Source of the DNA: an uncultured Clostridia bacterium
Lineage (GTDB): Bacteria > Bacillota > Clostridia > Oscillospirales > Acutalibacteraceae
NCBI GenBank assembly: GCA_937916395.1
Contig: CALFTN010000068.1
Location: forward strand, 6,373-70,372
Reading direction: 5' to 3'
Length of the DNA stretch: 64,000 nucleotides
This document shows positions 1-10,715 of this stretch, piece after piece. Every line of letters starts with the position of its first letter. Positions within the stretch are counted from its first letter, which is position 1. The position numbers were made by a program, and so were the translations under genes. Under the pieces are notes generated by a model. That model did not search any database and was not told the DNA's origin. It saw nothing but the letters and a program-made list of their open reading frames with translations.

Positions 1-2
1 AC

Positions 3-131
3 AACTGCACATTAAGAATTAAATTAAATGATAAAACTAAAAATCTCAGTACAAATAAGCCTTATACTATTGAAGACAACTGCTTTACAGCAGAGCTTTC
101 AAAGGGTGAAACATTAGAACTCACCAACTGA
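3..131 (+). CDS. 3' end of a CDS truncated by the window edge; product unknown
   Basis: Frame is open from the window edge to TGA at 129-131 (..FTAELSKGETLELTN*), followed by a small hairpin and T-run. Too short for a family call. Confidence 0.3.
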   Translation, partial: NCTLRIKLNDKTKNLSTNKPYTIEDNCFTAELSKGETLELTN

Positions 132-256
132 TATTTCGATTTTAAATCGAGCCTGTTTTATTTTTATAGTGCAGAACTTCTATGATTTAAAATGTTGAAA
201 AAATTTTTCAACTGTGATATAATTTTAACAATAATGTTTACTTAGAGGTGTTTCAG

Positions 257-1108
257 ATGGCAAAGTGGATTGATAATAAAACCGTAATAATTACAGGTGC
301 ATCAAGTGGTATCGGCAAGATGCTCGCAGAGAGGCTTATGAAAGAGCACAACTGTAATGTAATCGGTGTTGCAAGAAGCGAAAAGAAAATGCTCGCATTC
401 GTTGAAGAACTCGGCGATTACGCTAAATTATTTTCATATAAGCTTTTTGATGTTTCAAGCTATGACAACTGGCAAGAATTTCATGATTGGCTTGTTGAAA
501 ACAATATAAAGCCAGATGTTCTTATTAACAACGCTGGTGTTCTCCCTCGTTTTGACAGGCTTATGAACTACTCTAAAGAAGAGATTGATGAATCAATCAA
601 TATTGACTTCTATTCTGCGGCATATTCCTCAAAAATTATGCTTCCTCTTCTTATGGAAAGTGAAACCCCTGCAATTATAAATGTTGCCTCATCTGCAGCA
701 CTTATGGCTCTCGGTGGAACATCAATGTACTCTGCAAGTAAAGCAGCCGTTAAAGGCTTAACTGAGGCTATGAGAGAAGAGCTCCGTGGTGAAGCTTACA
801 TAGGTCTTGTTTGCCCTGGATTTACGAAAACAGATATTTTCAGAAATCAAGGTGCAACAGATGGTATGAACCTTATAAATATGGTTTCAACTCCTTGTCA
901 TAAGGCTGTTAACAGAATTCTCAAAGGTATTCTTAAGAAAAAATCATATATCGTAGTTGGCTTTGATGGCAACGCAATGGGCAGATTTAACAGGCTAATG
1001 CCTGTGCAAGGCTCAAGACTTTTCAGTTCTGTAATCAAAGCGTTTAAAATTGACCTTTTTGCTTCAACCTTTGGTTATGAAAAGAAAGGCGACAAGAAAC
1101 AATTTTAA
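257..1108 (+). CDS. short-chain dehydrogenase/reductase (SDR) family oxidoreductase
   Basis: TGASSGIGK dinucleotide-binding motif and YSASK (Tyr-x3-Lys) catalytic motif. ATG 257 follows AGAGGTG; the track ORF opens at GTG 248. Confidence 0.85.
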   Translation: MAKWIDNKTVIITGASSGIGKMLAERLMKEHNCNVIGVARSEKKMLAFVEELGDYAKLFSYKLFDVSSYDNWQEFHDWLVENNIKPDVLINNAGVLPRFDRLMNYSKEEIDESINIDFYSAAYSSKIMLPLLMESETPAIINVASSAALMALGGTSMYSASKAAVKGLTEAMREELRGEAYIGLVCPGFTKTDIFRNQGATDGMNLINMVSTPCHKAVNRILKGILKKKSYIVVGFDGNAMGRFNRLMPVQGSRLFSSVIKAFKIDLFASTFGYEKKGDKKQF

Positions 1109-1116
1109 AAAAACGA

Positions 1117-1163
1117 AAAAGAGACGATGCACTTCAATTGAACTGCTCGTCTCTTTAGTTTTT
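1117..1163. terminator. bidirectional terminator between convergent genes
   Basis: AAGAGACGA-N20-TCGTCTCTT flanked by an A-run and a T-run. Confidence 0.7.
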
Positions 1164-2139
1164 AATATCCTATCTTAAAATCCACAACATTTCTGAGTTT
1201 GCCACCTTGCAAGTAGCTTTCAATATTTTCAAAGCAGATTTTCCAGATTTTATCCTTTGTAGCCTCATCGCCACTAAAGGATGGACCTGCTATGTGTGGG
1301 GTGATAATTACATTTTTCATATCCCATAGCTTTGAATTTTCAGGGAGTGGTTCATTTTCAAAAACATCTAAAACTGCACCTTTGATTTTACCGGCTTCTA
1401 AAATTCCGATTAAATCATCAGTAACAATAAGACTGCCACGGCCAACATTTACTAAAACCGAGTTTTCTTTCATAAGCGAAAGCATTTCTTTATTCAAAAT
1501 ACCAATAGTTATTTCGGTTTCTGGCAAACAACATATTACAATATCTGCTTTCGGTAATAAATAGTCAAGCTCAACCATATCGAAAATCTCGGTGAAGCCC
1601 TCTAAAAAATCTTCTTTTGATTTTCTTCTTATACCAAATATTTCTTTTGCACCTAACACTTTTAGCTTTTTAGCAGTTGTTCTGCCTATATCACCTGTAC
1701 CAAGAATCAAAACAGTTTTGTTTCTAATTGTGTCAACGCTTTCTTTTTTTTGCCAGATGTGATTGCGTTGGTTTTCAATATACAATGGAAAATCTCTGTA
1801 AATAGCAAGTATTCCGCCGATTATATATTCTGAAATAACTTCACCAAATGCACCACTCGCAGTTGCAAGAACAGCACTTTGAGGGAAGCTTTTCATTTTT
1901 AAAAACTTATCAGCACCAGCCCAGGTAAGCTGTAAAAGCTTTAAATTTTCTGTCAAGGCTAATTCATTCTCAGTAGGCTCACCAAGAATAACTGTCGCAT
2001 CTTTAAAATCACTTTCGTTTATAGCATCTAAAAAAACAAGCTTTGCCCTATCGCTGAAACATTCTGAAAACTCTTCTTTTATTTCGCTGTCTGCATTAAC
2101 TTTAACTAAAATCTTTTCCAAAATCATCACCATTTTCAT
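1162..2139 (-). CDS. D-isomer-specific 2-hydroxyacid dehydrogenase family protein
   Basis: LGTGDIGR Rossmann motif and C-terminal ITPHIAG catalytic-His region typical of the family. Confidence 0.8.
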   Translation of the reverse strand: MKMVMILEKILVKVNADSEIKEEFSECFSDRAKLVFLDAINESDFKDATVILGEPTENELALTENLKLLQLTWAGADKFLKMKSFPQSAVLATASGAFGEVISEYIIGGILAIYRDFPLYIENQRNHIWQKKESVDTIRNKTVLILGTGDIGRTTAKKLKVLGAKEIFGIRRKSKEDFLEGFTEIFDMVELDYLLPKADIVICCLPETEITIGILNKEMLSLMKENSVLVNVGRGSLIVTDDLIGILEAGKIKGAVLDVFENEPLPENSKLWDMKNVIITPHIAGPSFSGDEATKDKIWKICFENIESYLQGGKLRNVVDFKIGY

Positions 2140-2230
2140 TGTATCATTTTAATCGTATCAAATCAATAGTTCTTTACTATACTTTAAATCTGTGATATAA
2201 TTTTTACATATTATTCCAAACAAAGAAAGT

Positions 2231-3112
2231 GTGAGTTTTATGTTAACAGAAAAAGAAATGGCAGAAATTGAAGAGCTTATTAAACGAGATATAGAAAACG
2301 GCACAATTGAATTAATGCCACAAGATAAAATTTTTGATTTTCTCCCTAAAAAAGATAACGTAATAAGAGTTATGTCATTTAATATAAGATGTTCTGGCGT
2401 AGGGGTGCAAACTGCTGAATCCCGTTACACTCTTGTCAGCGAAACAATTTTCAAGGGTATGCCTGATTCTGTTGGTATTCAGGAAGCAACTCCTGAATGG
2501 ATGGACTATTTAAAAGACGCGCTAAGTGATAAATATGACTATGTTGGAATCCCACGCGAAGAAGATGGTGAATATTCCTCTATCTTCTACTTAAAGGATA
2601 AATATTCCGTAAAAGAAAGCGGTAATTTCTGGCTTTCAGAGACACCCGAAATAGAATCAAAAGGTTGGGACGCTGCCTGTTACAGAATATGCACTTGGGC
2701 AGTTTTAGAAAACAAAGAAACTAAAGAATGTTATGTTCACGTTAACACTCACCTTGACCACATTGGTATTTTAGCACGCAGAAATGGTGTTGAATTAATG
2801 CTTGATAAATTAAGAGAATACAGCAATATTCCAGCAGTTTTCACAGCCGATATGAACATTGAAGAAGGCACAGAAAATTATCTTCAATTTGTAAATTCTG
2901 GCTTTATGTATGATACAAAACACCAAGCAGAAAACACAGTCGATTGCCTTACATTCCACAACATCAAACCATCTGTTTATCACGATGTTATTGACTATGT
3001 TATGATTAACGATAGATTTTCTGCCGATACTTATAGAGTAGTAACTGCAGGTGTGAATGGCAAATATGTTTCAGACCATTTCCCTGTCTACGCCGACCTC
3101 TACATAAAATAA
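2231..3112 (+). CDS. endonuclease/exonuclease/phosphatase (EEP) family protein
   Basis: VMSFNIR, NTHLDH and C-terminal SDHFPV motifs of the EEP fold. Alternative start at ATG 2240. Confidence 0.75.
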   Translation: MSFMLTEKEMAEIEELIKRDIENGTIELMPQDKIFDFLPKKDNVIRVMSFNIRCSGVGVQTAESRYTLVSETIFKGMPDSVGIQEATPEWMDYLKDALSDKYDYVGIPREEDGEYSSIFYLKDKYSVKESGNFWLSETPEIESKGWDAACYRICTWAVLENKETKECYVHVNTHLDHIGILARRNGVELMLDKLREYSNIPAVFTADMNIEEGTENYLQFVNSGFMYDTKHQAENTVDCLTFHNIKPSVYHDVIDYVMINDRFSADTYRVVTAGVNGKYVSDHFPVYADLYIK

Positions 3113-3136
3113 AAACAGAGTGAGTGTATTTTTAAA

Positions 3137-3988
3137 ATGAGTAAATACGGTTTAATTATGGAAGGCGGAGCAATGCGTGGCTTGTTCACCGCAGGTGTAA
3201 TGGATGTTTTAATGGAAAACAAAATTCACTTTGATGGTGCAATAGGTGTTTCTGCAGGTGCCGCATTTGGTTGCAATTTTAAATCTAACCAGATTGGAAG
3301 AGTACTTCGCTATAATAAAAAATACTGCCGTGACCCTCGCTTTTGCAGTATTCGTTCTCTTATTAAAACTGGTGACTTATATGGTGCAGAATTCTGTTAT
3401 ATCACCATTCCTTATGAATTAGATTTATTTGACTGCAAAGCGTATTTAGAGAATCCAATGGATTTTTACGTTGTTTGCACCGATGTTGAAACTGGAAAGC
3501 CTGTTTACAGAAAGTGTATTACCGGTCGCGATGAAGATTTAACGTGGATAAGAGCCTCAGCATCTATGCCAATAGCATCAAGAGTAGTTGAAGCAACTGG
3601 CTACAAGCTTCTTGATGGTGGTATTTCTGACTCAATTCCACTTTCATATTTTGAATCTTTAGGCTACGACAAAAATGTGGTTATATTAACTCAACCAAAA
3701 GGTTATATCAAAAAGCCGAGCAAGGCTTTGCCACTTATAAAAGTATCTTTAAAGGAATACCCCAATGTTTATAAAACAATGGAAAACAGGCACAACGACT
3801 ACAACGAAACTATTAAAAACATTGAAGAAGCAGAAAAAAATGGTGATGTTTTAGTAATAAGACCACCAGAAAAGCTCCCCGTAGGCAGAGTTGAGCATAA
3901 TCCTGATAAATTACAGATTGCTTATGATATCGGCAGAGAAACTGCATTAAAACAATTAGAAGAAATTAAAGAATTTGTTACAAAGTAG
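3137..3988 (+). CDS. patatin-like phospholipase
   Basis: GGAMRG oxyanion motif, GVSAGA (G-x-S-x-G) nucleophile elbow and DGGISD catalytic Asp. Confidence 0.85.
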   Translation: MSKYGLIMEGGAMRGLFTAGVMDVLMENKIHFDGAIGVSAGAAFGCNFKSNQIGRVLRYNKKYCRDPRFCSIRSLIKTGDLYGAEFCYITIPYELDLFDCKAYLENPMDFYVVCTDVETGKPVYRKCITGRDEDLTWIRASASMPIASRVVEATGYKLLDGGISDSIPLSYFESLGYDKNVVILTQPKGYIKKPSKALPLIKVSLKEYPNVYKTMENRHNDYNETIKNIEEAEKNGDVLVIRPPEKLPVGRVEHNPDKLQIAYDIGRETALKQLEEIKEFVTK

Positions 3989-3996
3989 GTTTTATT

Positions 3997-5346
3997 ATGG
4001 AACTCAAAGAATTTTTAAGAGTTGCAGCAAATGTTAAGCCAGACAAGCCCCAGCTAGAAAGGTTGAGAGAAACACCATTTTATGCATTTGTTCACTTTTC
4101 CCCTAACACTTACACAAATTTAGAGTGGGGTGACGGCACAGAAGACCCTAAAATTTTCAATCCGACAGAGTTAGATTGTGAACAATGGGTTAAAGCTATA
4201 AAATCAGCTGGAATGAAGGGGCTTATCCTCACAGCAAAGCATCACGACGGCTTCTGTCTCTGGCAAACTAAATACACCGAACATTCTATGAAGAATTCGC
4301 CATATAAAAATGGTAAAGGTGACATTGTAAAGGAATGTGCAGATGCGTGTAAAAAGCACGGAATAAAATTTGGCTTTTACCTCTCCCCTTGGGATAGAAA
4401 CTCAAAATATTACGGCACAGACGAATACAATGATTACTATGTAAATCAATTAACAGAGTTACTCACAAACTATGGCGAAATTTTCCACGTGTGGTTTGAT
4501 AACGCTTGTGGTGAAGGTCCAAACGGTAAAAAACAGGTTTATGATTTTGACCGCTACATAAAAACTATAAGAAAATATCAGCCGAATGCAACTTTCTTTA
4601 ATGATAAAGGTGGTATGCGCTGGTGTGGTAACGAAGCTGGTGCGGCTGCTCATGCACAATGGTGTGTTGTACCTTTCGAGCTTTGCTCAATTGCAGAGCA
4701 TAAAACAGAGGTTGAACCACTTATGGAAGGTAGTCTTGATGACATGAGAAACTGTGATGTTGCGTTAGGCTCAATTTCTAATATAATGTATTCAAAAGCA
4801 CTCACCTTCTGCCCTGCTGAAACAGATATGTCTATAAGACCAGGCTGGTTTTATCACGAGGATGAAGAACCACACTCTTTAGACCGACTTTTTGATACTT
4901 ACCTCAGAACAGTTGGTGGTAACACAACTTTCAATTTAAACATTCCCCCAATGAAGAATGGCAAATTCAATGAAAAAGACGTAGCAAGACTTAAAGAGTT
5001 AGGCGATAAAATCAATTCTGAACTCGGCAAAAATTTAGCCGAAGATGCCACTATTACAGAAAACAAAAAGAATGGCACTTATCAGACCGAATTTATTATT
5101 GAACTGCCCCAAAAACGAACCATAAAATATCTTGACATAGCAGAAACCATAGCAGAGGGGCAAAAGGTAGAAGCCTTCAGAATTTATATAAAGGATGAAA
5201 ATAACCTCTGGAAATTCGTATCTAGTGAAACCACTATAGGTAGCAGAAAAATAGTAGCTTTAGAAGCTGTTGAAACAAACGGAATCAAAGTCCAAATAAC
5301 CTCTGCAAGAGATGAGGTTAAATTGGATTGGATGAAGGTGTATTAA
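3997..5346 (+). CDS. alpha-L-fucosidase (GH29-like)
   Basis: LTAKHHDGFCLWQT and FYLSPWDRN motifs typical of GH29, plus a C-terminal beta-sandwich-like tail. Confidence 0.8.
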   Translation: MELKEFLRVAANVKPDKPQLERLRETPFYAFVHFSPNTYTNLEWGDGTEDPKIFNPTELDCEQWVKAIKSAGMKGLILTAKHHDGFCLWQTKYTEHSMKNSPYKNGKGDIVKECADACKKHGIKFGFYLSPWDRNSKYYGTDEYNDYYVNQLTELLTNYGEIFHVWFDNACGEGPNGKKQVYDFDRYIKTIRKYQPNATFFNDKGGMRWCGNEAGAAAHAQWCVVPFELCSIAEHKTEVEPLMEGSLDDMRNCDVALGSISNIMYSKALTFCPAETDMSIRPGWFYHEDEEPHSLDRLFDTYLRTVGGNTTFNLNIPPMKNGKFNEKDVARLKELGDKINSELGKNLAEDATITENKKNGTYQTEFIIELPQKRTIKYLDIAETIAEGQKVEAFRIYIKDENNLWKFVSSETTIGSRKIVALEAVETNGIKVQITSARDEVKLDWMKVY

Positions 5347-5359
5347 AGGAGCATTTAGC

Positions 5360-7660
5360 ATGAATAAATCAAATATAAAAACAGAAAAACAATATCTTGA
5401 AAAAATCAGTGAATTACATAACAGCTTAAACAAACAGAATGCAAAAAAAATAAATGATGAACTTGATGAATTGTATAATTATAAACCAATTCGTCTTGAA
5501 TGGTTTTATGCTAAAATGGATGTATTGTTTGAGTTAGGTGAGGATTTTGCTCAATACAGCGGTCATCTTTATGATAATTACTGGGCTCTCAAGGAAAGTG
5601 ACAAATTCTCCAAATTATCAAAAACTTTAATTAAATTAAATGAACGACTTGGTAACTCAGAAGAAGTTGAGAGACTAAAATTTGAATTATATACAAGAAC
5701 AGAAGAGACAGATATTTCTACACAAAAATATTATGAACAATTTTTTAATGACTTCAGTGCTCTATTAATTAATTACGTTGAAGATAACGCTACCAAAGAA
5801 GATATAAAAAGAATATTTGAACTGAGCTTTATTACTTCTGATTTTGTTTTGGCTACAATATTTAAAAATTTATATACTGCAAAATTCAACGAAGATATTA
5901 CGGTTAATCCAATAGTTTCAAAACGCCCAAACATTTTTTATTTTGAACAAATATTAAAACAAGATTCACATACCTTCACAGTTCTCTTTAATGAAAGCAA
6001 TCAATTGGTAATTCTTTCTGTTATTAAAGCACTTAAAGAGTTAGGTCACAATATTTTTGTTCTTTCTGAACCCCAGAATTTCGAGGTTGATGTTGAAATA
6101 GACATATCGAAAACATTGGATATCAGTTTAGAGAGCATACAAGAAACTGCTGACTTCTACTCAATTTTTCCTGTCCAAATAGTAAAAAACGGGAGAATTT
6201 TAGGTGATAACAGACTCCATCTTATTGATTACATAAGTAATACTTTATCAAAAGAAAATTTCTCCACTGTTTTAGCATTCAATGACTACATGCTTTCTGT
6301 CGAGCAACAAATAGGCTCTAATAAATTTTTAGAACCGCTTTATACCAATAATATGTCTTATAATACTATGGCATTTGGTTGGAGTGGAGATTATTGCGCC
6401 TATATGGATAAGCTTTATAAAATTGATTCTAAAAAACTTATAAATCAAAAGCCAACAGTAGATTTTTCTATAATTATACCTGTCAGGAATGATTCCTCTG
6501 ATACATTATTCCACACAATAAGAACTTGTCTTGATATTAATTACAATGGTAAATATGAAATCGTTATAAGCGACAATTCTTCGAAGGGTAATGAAAAAGT
6601 TAAATCAGTAGTTGATAAACTCAACGATAAAAGAATTAAATATTACAAACCACCATTTGAGCTTTCTTTGCCTAAAAGTTTCGAGTTTGCGTGTCTTATG
6701 GCAAAAGGAGAATTTTTAATCCCCTTTGGAGCGGATGATGCTATTTTGCCGAACGCTTTAAATGTAATTTCTGATGTTTTAAAAGAACACCCCCATGAAG
6801 AAATACTCTTATGGAAAAGAGGGTTTTATGCTTGGCCTGGTTTTAACAAGACACAGCAGAATCAGTTTTCTATTTCAACTGAATCTACAACAAGCCTCAA
6901 TTGTTCCGTACTTCAGTCAAGTCAACTATGGGCTTCAATTTTAAACGCACCTAATTTAATGTACACAATACCTTTATTTTACATTAACTCAGGATTCAAA
7001 AAATCTTATCTTAACACCTTGCTTACAAAAACTAGCACCCTTTTCAACGGACCATGCCAAGATATATATACTGGAATTGTTAATATTTGCATAAATAATT
7101 CAATTCTATTTTTAGATAAACAATTAACCTTTGCGGGAATGTCATCATCCTCCATAGGCGCAAGTTTTAATGTTTCTAAAAAAACTGTTTCAAAAGCCGA
7201 TATTTCAACAGACTACATTTACATTTATAATGATTCTTACTACGAACAACTTATTCCAAGTGTATGGAATGATAGAGGAACATTATATAAATCCATTATG
7301 CGAGCTATTTCTAAAGGGCTTTTAGACAAAAGTTTTTTAGAAAATATTGTAGATTTTAAAAACTTTTATATTAATATGTTGTCACTTATTTCTAAAGATG
7401 GTATAATGTTTGAAAAGGAAATGGAGTTATTTAAATGTTCAGCAAAAAAAGTAAGCGAAGACTTTTCTGAATGGTTTGATAACACCTATTATAAAAACAA
7501 TTTTGAACCTGTATATTTCAAAGAAACCGACGAACCACAAACTGGTCACAGTTACAATATAGGCTTTAACGATAAAAGTTTAACTTTAGACGCTTCTGAC
7601 TTTGGTGTCAAAAATATTTATGATGCAGTAGCCCTTTATAAAAAATTAACTGGAATGTAA
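5360..7660 (+). CDS. two-part protein: helical N-terminal half of unknown function fused to a family-2 glycosyltransferase domain
   Basis: Residues ~375-480 (FSIIIPVRND..VISDNSS..FGADD) fit the GT-A/GT2 fold. The first ~370 aa have no family I recognise. Confidence 0.7.
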   Translation: MNKSNIKTEKQYLEKISELHNSLNKQNAKKINDELDELYNYKPIRLEWFYAKMDVLFELGEDFAQYSGHLYDNYWALKESDKFSKLSKTLIKLNERLGNSEEVERLKFELYTRTEETDISTQKYYEQFFNDFSALLINYVEDNATKEDIKRIFELSFITSDFVLATIFKNLYTAKFNEDITVNPIVSKRPNIFYFEQILKQDSHTFTVLFNESNQLVILSVIKALKELGHNIFVLSEPQNFEVDVEIDISKTLDISLESIQETADFYSIFPVQIVKNGRILGDNRLHLIDYISNTLSKENFSTVLAFNDYMLSVEQQIGSNKFLEPLYTNNMSYNTMAFGWSGDYCAYMDKLYKIDSKKLINQKPTVDFSIIIPVRNDSSDTLFHTIRTCLDINYNGKYEIVISDNSSKGNEKVKSVVDKLNDKRIKYYKPPFELSLPKSFEFACLMAKGEFLIPFGADDAILPNALNVISDVLKEHPHEEILLWKRGFYAWPGFNKTQQNQFSISTESTTSLNCSVLQSSQLWASILNAPNLMYTIPLFYINSGFKKSYLNTLLTKTSTLFNGPCQDIYTGIVNICINNSILFLDKQLTFAGMSSSSIGASFNVSKKTVSKADISTDYIYIYNDSYYEQLIPSVWNDRGTLYKSIMRAISKGLLDKSFLENIVDFKNFYINMLSLISKDGIMFEKEMELFKCSAKKVSEDFSEWFDNTYYKNNFEPVYFKETDEPQTGHSYNIGFNDKSLTLDASDFGVKNIYDAVALYKKLTGM

Positions 7661-7666
7661 ATTCCC

Positions 7667-9520
7667 TTGAAAGAAGGATTCAACTTGAAGATTCAATTAG
7701 CTGAATATGTAGCAAATTTTTTAGTGGAGCATAACATAACAGACTGCTTTAGCGTAGTCGGTGGCGGTGCTATGTATCTCAATAACGCATTTGGTCACCA
7801 TGAAGAACTCATTGTTACATATAACCATCATGAACAAGCATGTGCTATTGCGGCTGAATCTTATGCCAGACTTGAAAATAAAATTGCTGCTGTATGTGTA
7901 ACTACTGGTCCTGGTGGAATAAATGCTTTAACCGGTGTTGCTTGTGGATGGCTTGACTCTATTCCTATGATGATTATAAGTGGTCAGGTTCGTTACGATA
8001 CCACTTCACGTTATGCAAAAAAAAATTGTGCTATTAATCTTCGCTCTTTTGGCGATCAGGAATATGACATTGTGTCGTGTGTAGAACACATGACAAAATA
8101 TGCAGTAATGATAGAAGAACCTTTAAAAATTAAATATGTTTTAGAAAAAGCATATCATCTTGCTACAACAGGCAGACCTGGACCTGTTTGGATTGATATT
8201 CCCCTCAATTTTCAATCAGCTATTATAGAAACTGATGACCTTATCTCTTACTCACCCGATGAGAATGATACTTCACTTCCACCAAAATTAGACTCCAACA
8301 CAGTAAACACAGTTATTGAAGAAATAAAAAAAGCTAAAAGGCCTGTGCTTTATGCAGGTTATGGAATCCGTCTTTCAAATGGTTACAATGTTTTCAGAAA
8401 ACTTATAGAAAAACTCAATATTCCTGTTGTAACTTATTGGAATGCAATTGATTTAATTGAAAATGACCATAGATTATATTGTGGCCGTGGTGGCAATATG
8501 GGTGACAGACCTGGTAATTTCGCTGTTCAGAATGCAGATTTAGTAATTGCTATTGGCACAAGAATTTCAATACGACAAGTAGGTTACAATTGGAACACTT
8601 GGGCAAGAGAAGCAAAGGTTATAATGGTTGATATTGATGAAAATGAAATGAAAAAACCTACAATTCATGTAGATTTACCAATTCATGCAGACGCTAAAGA
8701 TTTTATGAAAGAATTACTTGCTTCAATACAGGAAGATAAATTATTTGAAAACGAAGAATGGATTTCTATTTGTAATAATTGGAAAAACAAATACCCTGTT
8801 GTTTCAGAAAAACACTATAATTCATCTAATAAAAATGTAAATGTATATGCATTCATTGACTGTCTTAGCAAAAACCTTGCAGAAAACAGTTTGACTGCTG
8901 TTTCTAATGGTGCTTGTTGTGTTGCAGGTAGTCAGGCATTTATAATAAAGAAAAATTCACGTTTTACAAACAATAATGCTATTGCAAGCATGGGTTATGG
9001 TTTACCTGCTGCTATTGGTATGTGCATTGGTAGTAACAGAAAGCAAACAATTTGTCTTGAAGGTGACGGAAGCATAATGATGAACCTTCAGGAATTGCAA
9101 ACAATTATTACTAACAATTTGCCTGTTAAAATCTTTCTTATAAATAATTCAGGTTACCACTCAATTAGACAAACACAAAACAATTTATTTAAAGATAAAT
9201 CAAAAGTAGGCATAGGGCCTGAATCCAACGACCTGTCTTTTCCGAATTTTGAAAAACTGACCACAGCTTTTGGGTATGATTATTATTCTGTAAAAAGCAA
9301 ATCAGAAATGGCTGAAACAATACAAAAAGTGTTAAGTGAAAACGGACCTGTTTTTTGTGAGGTATTCACTGATACTGAGCAGAATTGGGAACCAAAAAAC
9401 AGCACAAAAAAATTACCAGACGGAAAGTTGTTTAGCCCACCACTTGAAGATTTAGCACCTTTCTTACCACGAGAAGAATTAGAAAAGAATATGTTTATAA
9501 AAACAATAAATATCAACTAA
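7667..9520 (+). CDS. thiamine-diphosphate enzyme of the acetolactate-synthase superfamily, YerE-like candidate sugar C-branching enzyme
   Basis: N-terminal GGGAM..HEQA..TTGPGGINA pyrimidine-domain motifs and LEGDGS..N ThDP-binding motif, in a sugar-operon context. Possible later TTG start at 7685 after AGAAGGA. Confidence 0.8.
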   Translation: MKEGFNLKIQLAEYVANFLVEHNITDCFSVVGGGAMYLNNAFGHHEELIVTYNHHEQACAIAAESYARLENKIAAVCVTTGPGGINALTGVACGWLDSIPMMIISGQVRYDTTSRYAKKNCAINLRSFGDQEYDIVSCVEHMTKYAVMIEEPLKIKYVLEKAYHLATTGRPGPVWIDIPLNFQSAIIETDDLISYSPDENDTSLPPKLDSNTVNTVIEEIKKAKRPVLYAGYGIRLSNGYNVFRKLIEKLNIPVVTYWNAIDLIENDHRLYCGRGGNMGDRPGNFAVQNADLVIAIGTRISIRQVGYNWNTWAREAKVIMVDIDENEMKKPTIHVDLPIHADAKDFMKELLASIQEDKLFENEEWISICNNWKNKYPVVSEKHYNSSNKNVNVYAFIDCLSKNLAENSLTAVSNGACCVAGSQAFIIKKNSRFTNNNAIASMGYGLPAAIGMCIGSNRKQTICLEGDGSIMMNLQELQTIITNNLPVKIFLINNSGYHSIRQTQNNLFKDKSKVGIGPESNDLSFPNFEKLTTAFGYDYYSVKSKSEMAETIQKVLSENGPVFCEVFTDTEQNWEPKNSTKKLPDGKLFSPPLEDLAPFLPREELEKNMFIKTININ

Positions 9521-9536
9521 ATGTAGGTGGAAATAT

Positions 9537-10715
9537 ATGAAACAAAACTGTTTATCTTGCGGTGCTTCTCTACCGAATACGCCGCTATTATATTTAAATG
9601 ATATGCCGGCATCAGCACAAAACTTTCCGGAAAAAGAGCAATTAAAGAACGAGAAAACTATTTCGTTAAAGCTAAAGCAATGCAAAATGTGTGGCTTAGT
9701 ACAATTTGATTGCAATGCAGTAGATTACTATAAAGATGTTATCCGTTCTGGTGGTTTTTCTTCCACTATGTACAACCTTAGAAAGAATCAATACACACAT
9801 TTAATTAATACGTATAATCTTCAGAATAAGAAATTTATTGAAATAGGCTGTGGCGGCGGTGAATTTTTATCTATTTTAACTGAATTCCCTGTTAAAGTTT
9901 TTGGGATAGAACACAATTCTTCTCTTGTAGATGTAGCAGTTAGCAGAGGATTAAATGTAACCCAAAATTTTTTGGAAAAACCAACAAACATTTTAGAAGA
10001 TGGTCCCTTTGATGTTTTCCTCTCTTTTAATTTCCTAGAACACCAACCGAACCCTAATGGCATGCTTCAAGCAATATACAATAATTTAACAGATGATGGT
10101 ATGGGGTTAATTACAGTACCAAGTTTTGAGTACATCATGGAACACAACTCATTTTATGAACTGATAAGAGATCACCTTGCATACTACACTTTTGACACTT
10201 TACGTTTCTTACTAGAAAAAAATGGATTTACTATACTAGAACAACAGATAGTGAATCGCGATACAATTTCTGTAATAGTAAAAAAGAAACCTATGTTGGA
10301 TGTTTCGAATTTAACTCGCAACCACTACGATATACAAACCCAATTAAACAACTATATCGACAGTAAAATAAACGAAAACAAAACGGTTGCTATTTGGGGG
10401 GCCAGTCACCAATGCCTTACACTAACAACAACAGCCAAATTGAGAGAAAAAATAAGATATATAATTGATTCAGCGCCATTCAAGCAAGGCAAATTCACTC
10501 CAGGATCTCATATCCCAATAATCTCTCCAGATGATGCAATTATCAATCCTGTTGATGTTATAATTATCATAGCACCCGGTTACACCAATGAAATTGCAGA
10601 TATTATACGCACCAAAATTGGTGAAAACATTGAAATTGCTGTAATCATGTCAAAAAGCCTTCAGATGTATGAGGATATAAAAAATGTCAACAATAATAAT
10701 GACCGGAGCAACTAG
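9537..10715 (+). CDS. SAM-dependent NDP-sugar C-methyltransferase (TylC3-type architecture)
   Basis: N-terminal Zn-ribbon (CLSCG..CKMCG), EIGCGGGEF SAM motif, and a C-terminal extension as in sugar C-methyltransferases. Confidence 0.75.
   Translation: MKQNCLSCGASLPNTPLLYLNDMPASAQNFPEKEQLKNEKTISLKLKQCKMCGLVQFDCNAVDYYKDVIRSGGFSSTMYNLRKNQYTHLINTYNLQNKKFIEIGCGGGEFLSILTEFPVKVFGIEHNSSLVDVAVSRGLNVTQNFLEKPTNILEDGPFDVFLSFNFLEHQPNPNGMLQAIYNNLTDDGMGLITVPSFEYIMEHNSFYELIRDHLAYYTFDTLRFLLEKNGFTILEQQIVNRDTISVIVKKKPMLDVSNLTRNHYDIQTQLNNYIDSKINENKTVAIWGASHQCLTLTTTAKLREKIRYIIDSAPFKQGKFTPGSHIPIISPDDAIINPVDVIIIIAPGYTNEIADIIRTKIGENIEIAVIMSKSLQMYEDIKNVNNNNDRSN

Noticed and set aside
1292-1564. Many 60-165-aa track ORFs lie antisense to, or nested inside, long well-supported genes. 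Examples: 1292-1564, 4459-4659, 9283-9715, 11925-12293, 14007-14690, 18078-18948, 24111-25877, 30349-30648, 32853-33917, 34187-37647, 40270-42273, 45231-45863, 46409-46930, 48278-48594, 55499-55717, 57800-58033, 61438-61671, 62376-62795, 63662-63894.
   Set aside because: They overlap CDS with clear family motifs, have low-complexity or Ser/Phe/Ile-rich shadow-frame composition, and lack ribosome-binding sites. I treat them as frame shadows.
7667-9520. The ThDP enzyme read as a branched-chain amino-acid acetolactate synthase (ilvB).
   Set aside because: There is no ilvN, ilvC or ilvD nearby, and the gene is embedded between glycosyltransferase and sugar-modifying genes opposite rfbFGH. A sugar-branching (YerE-like) role fits better, although only phylogeny can decide.
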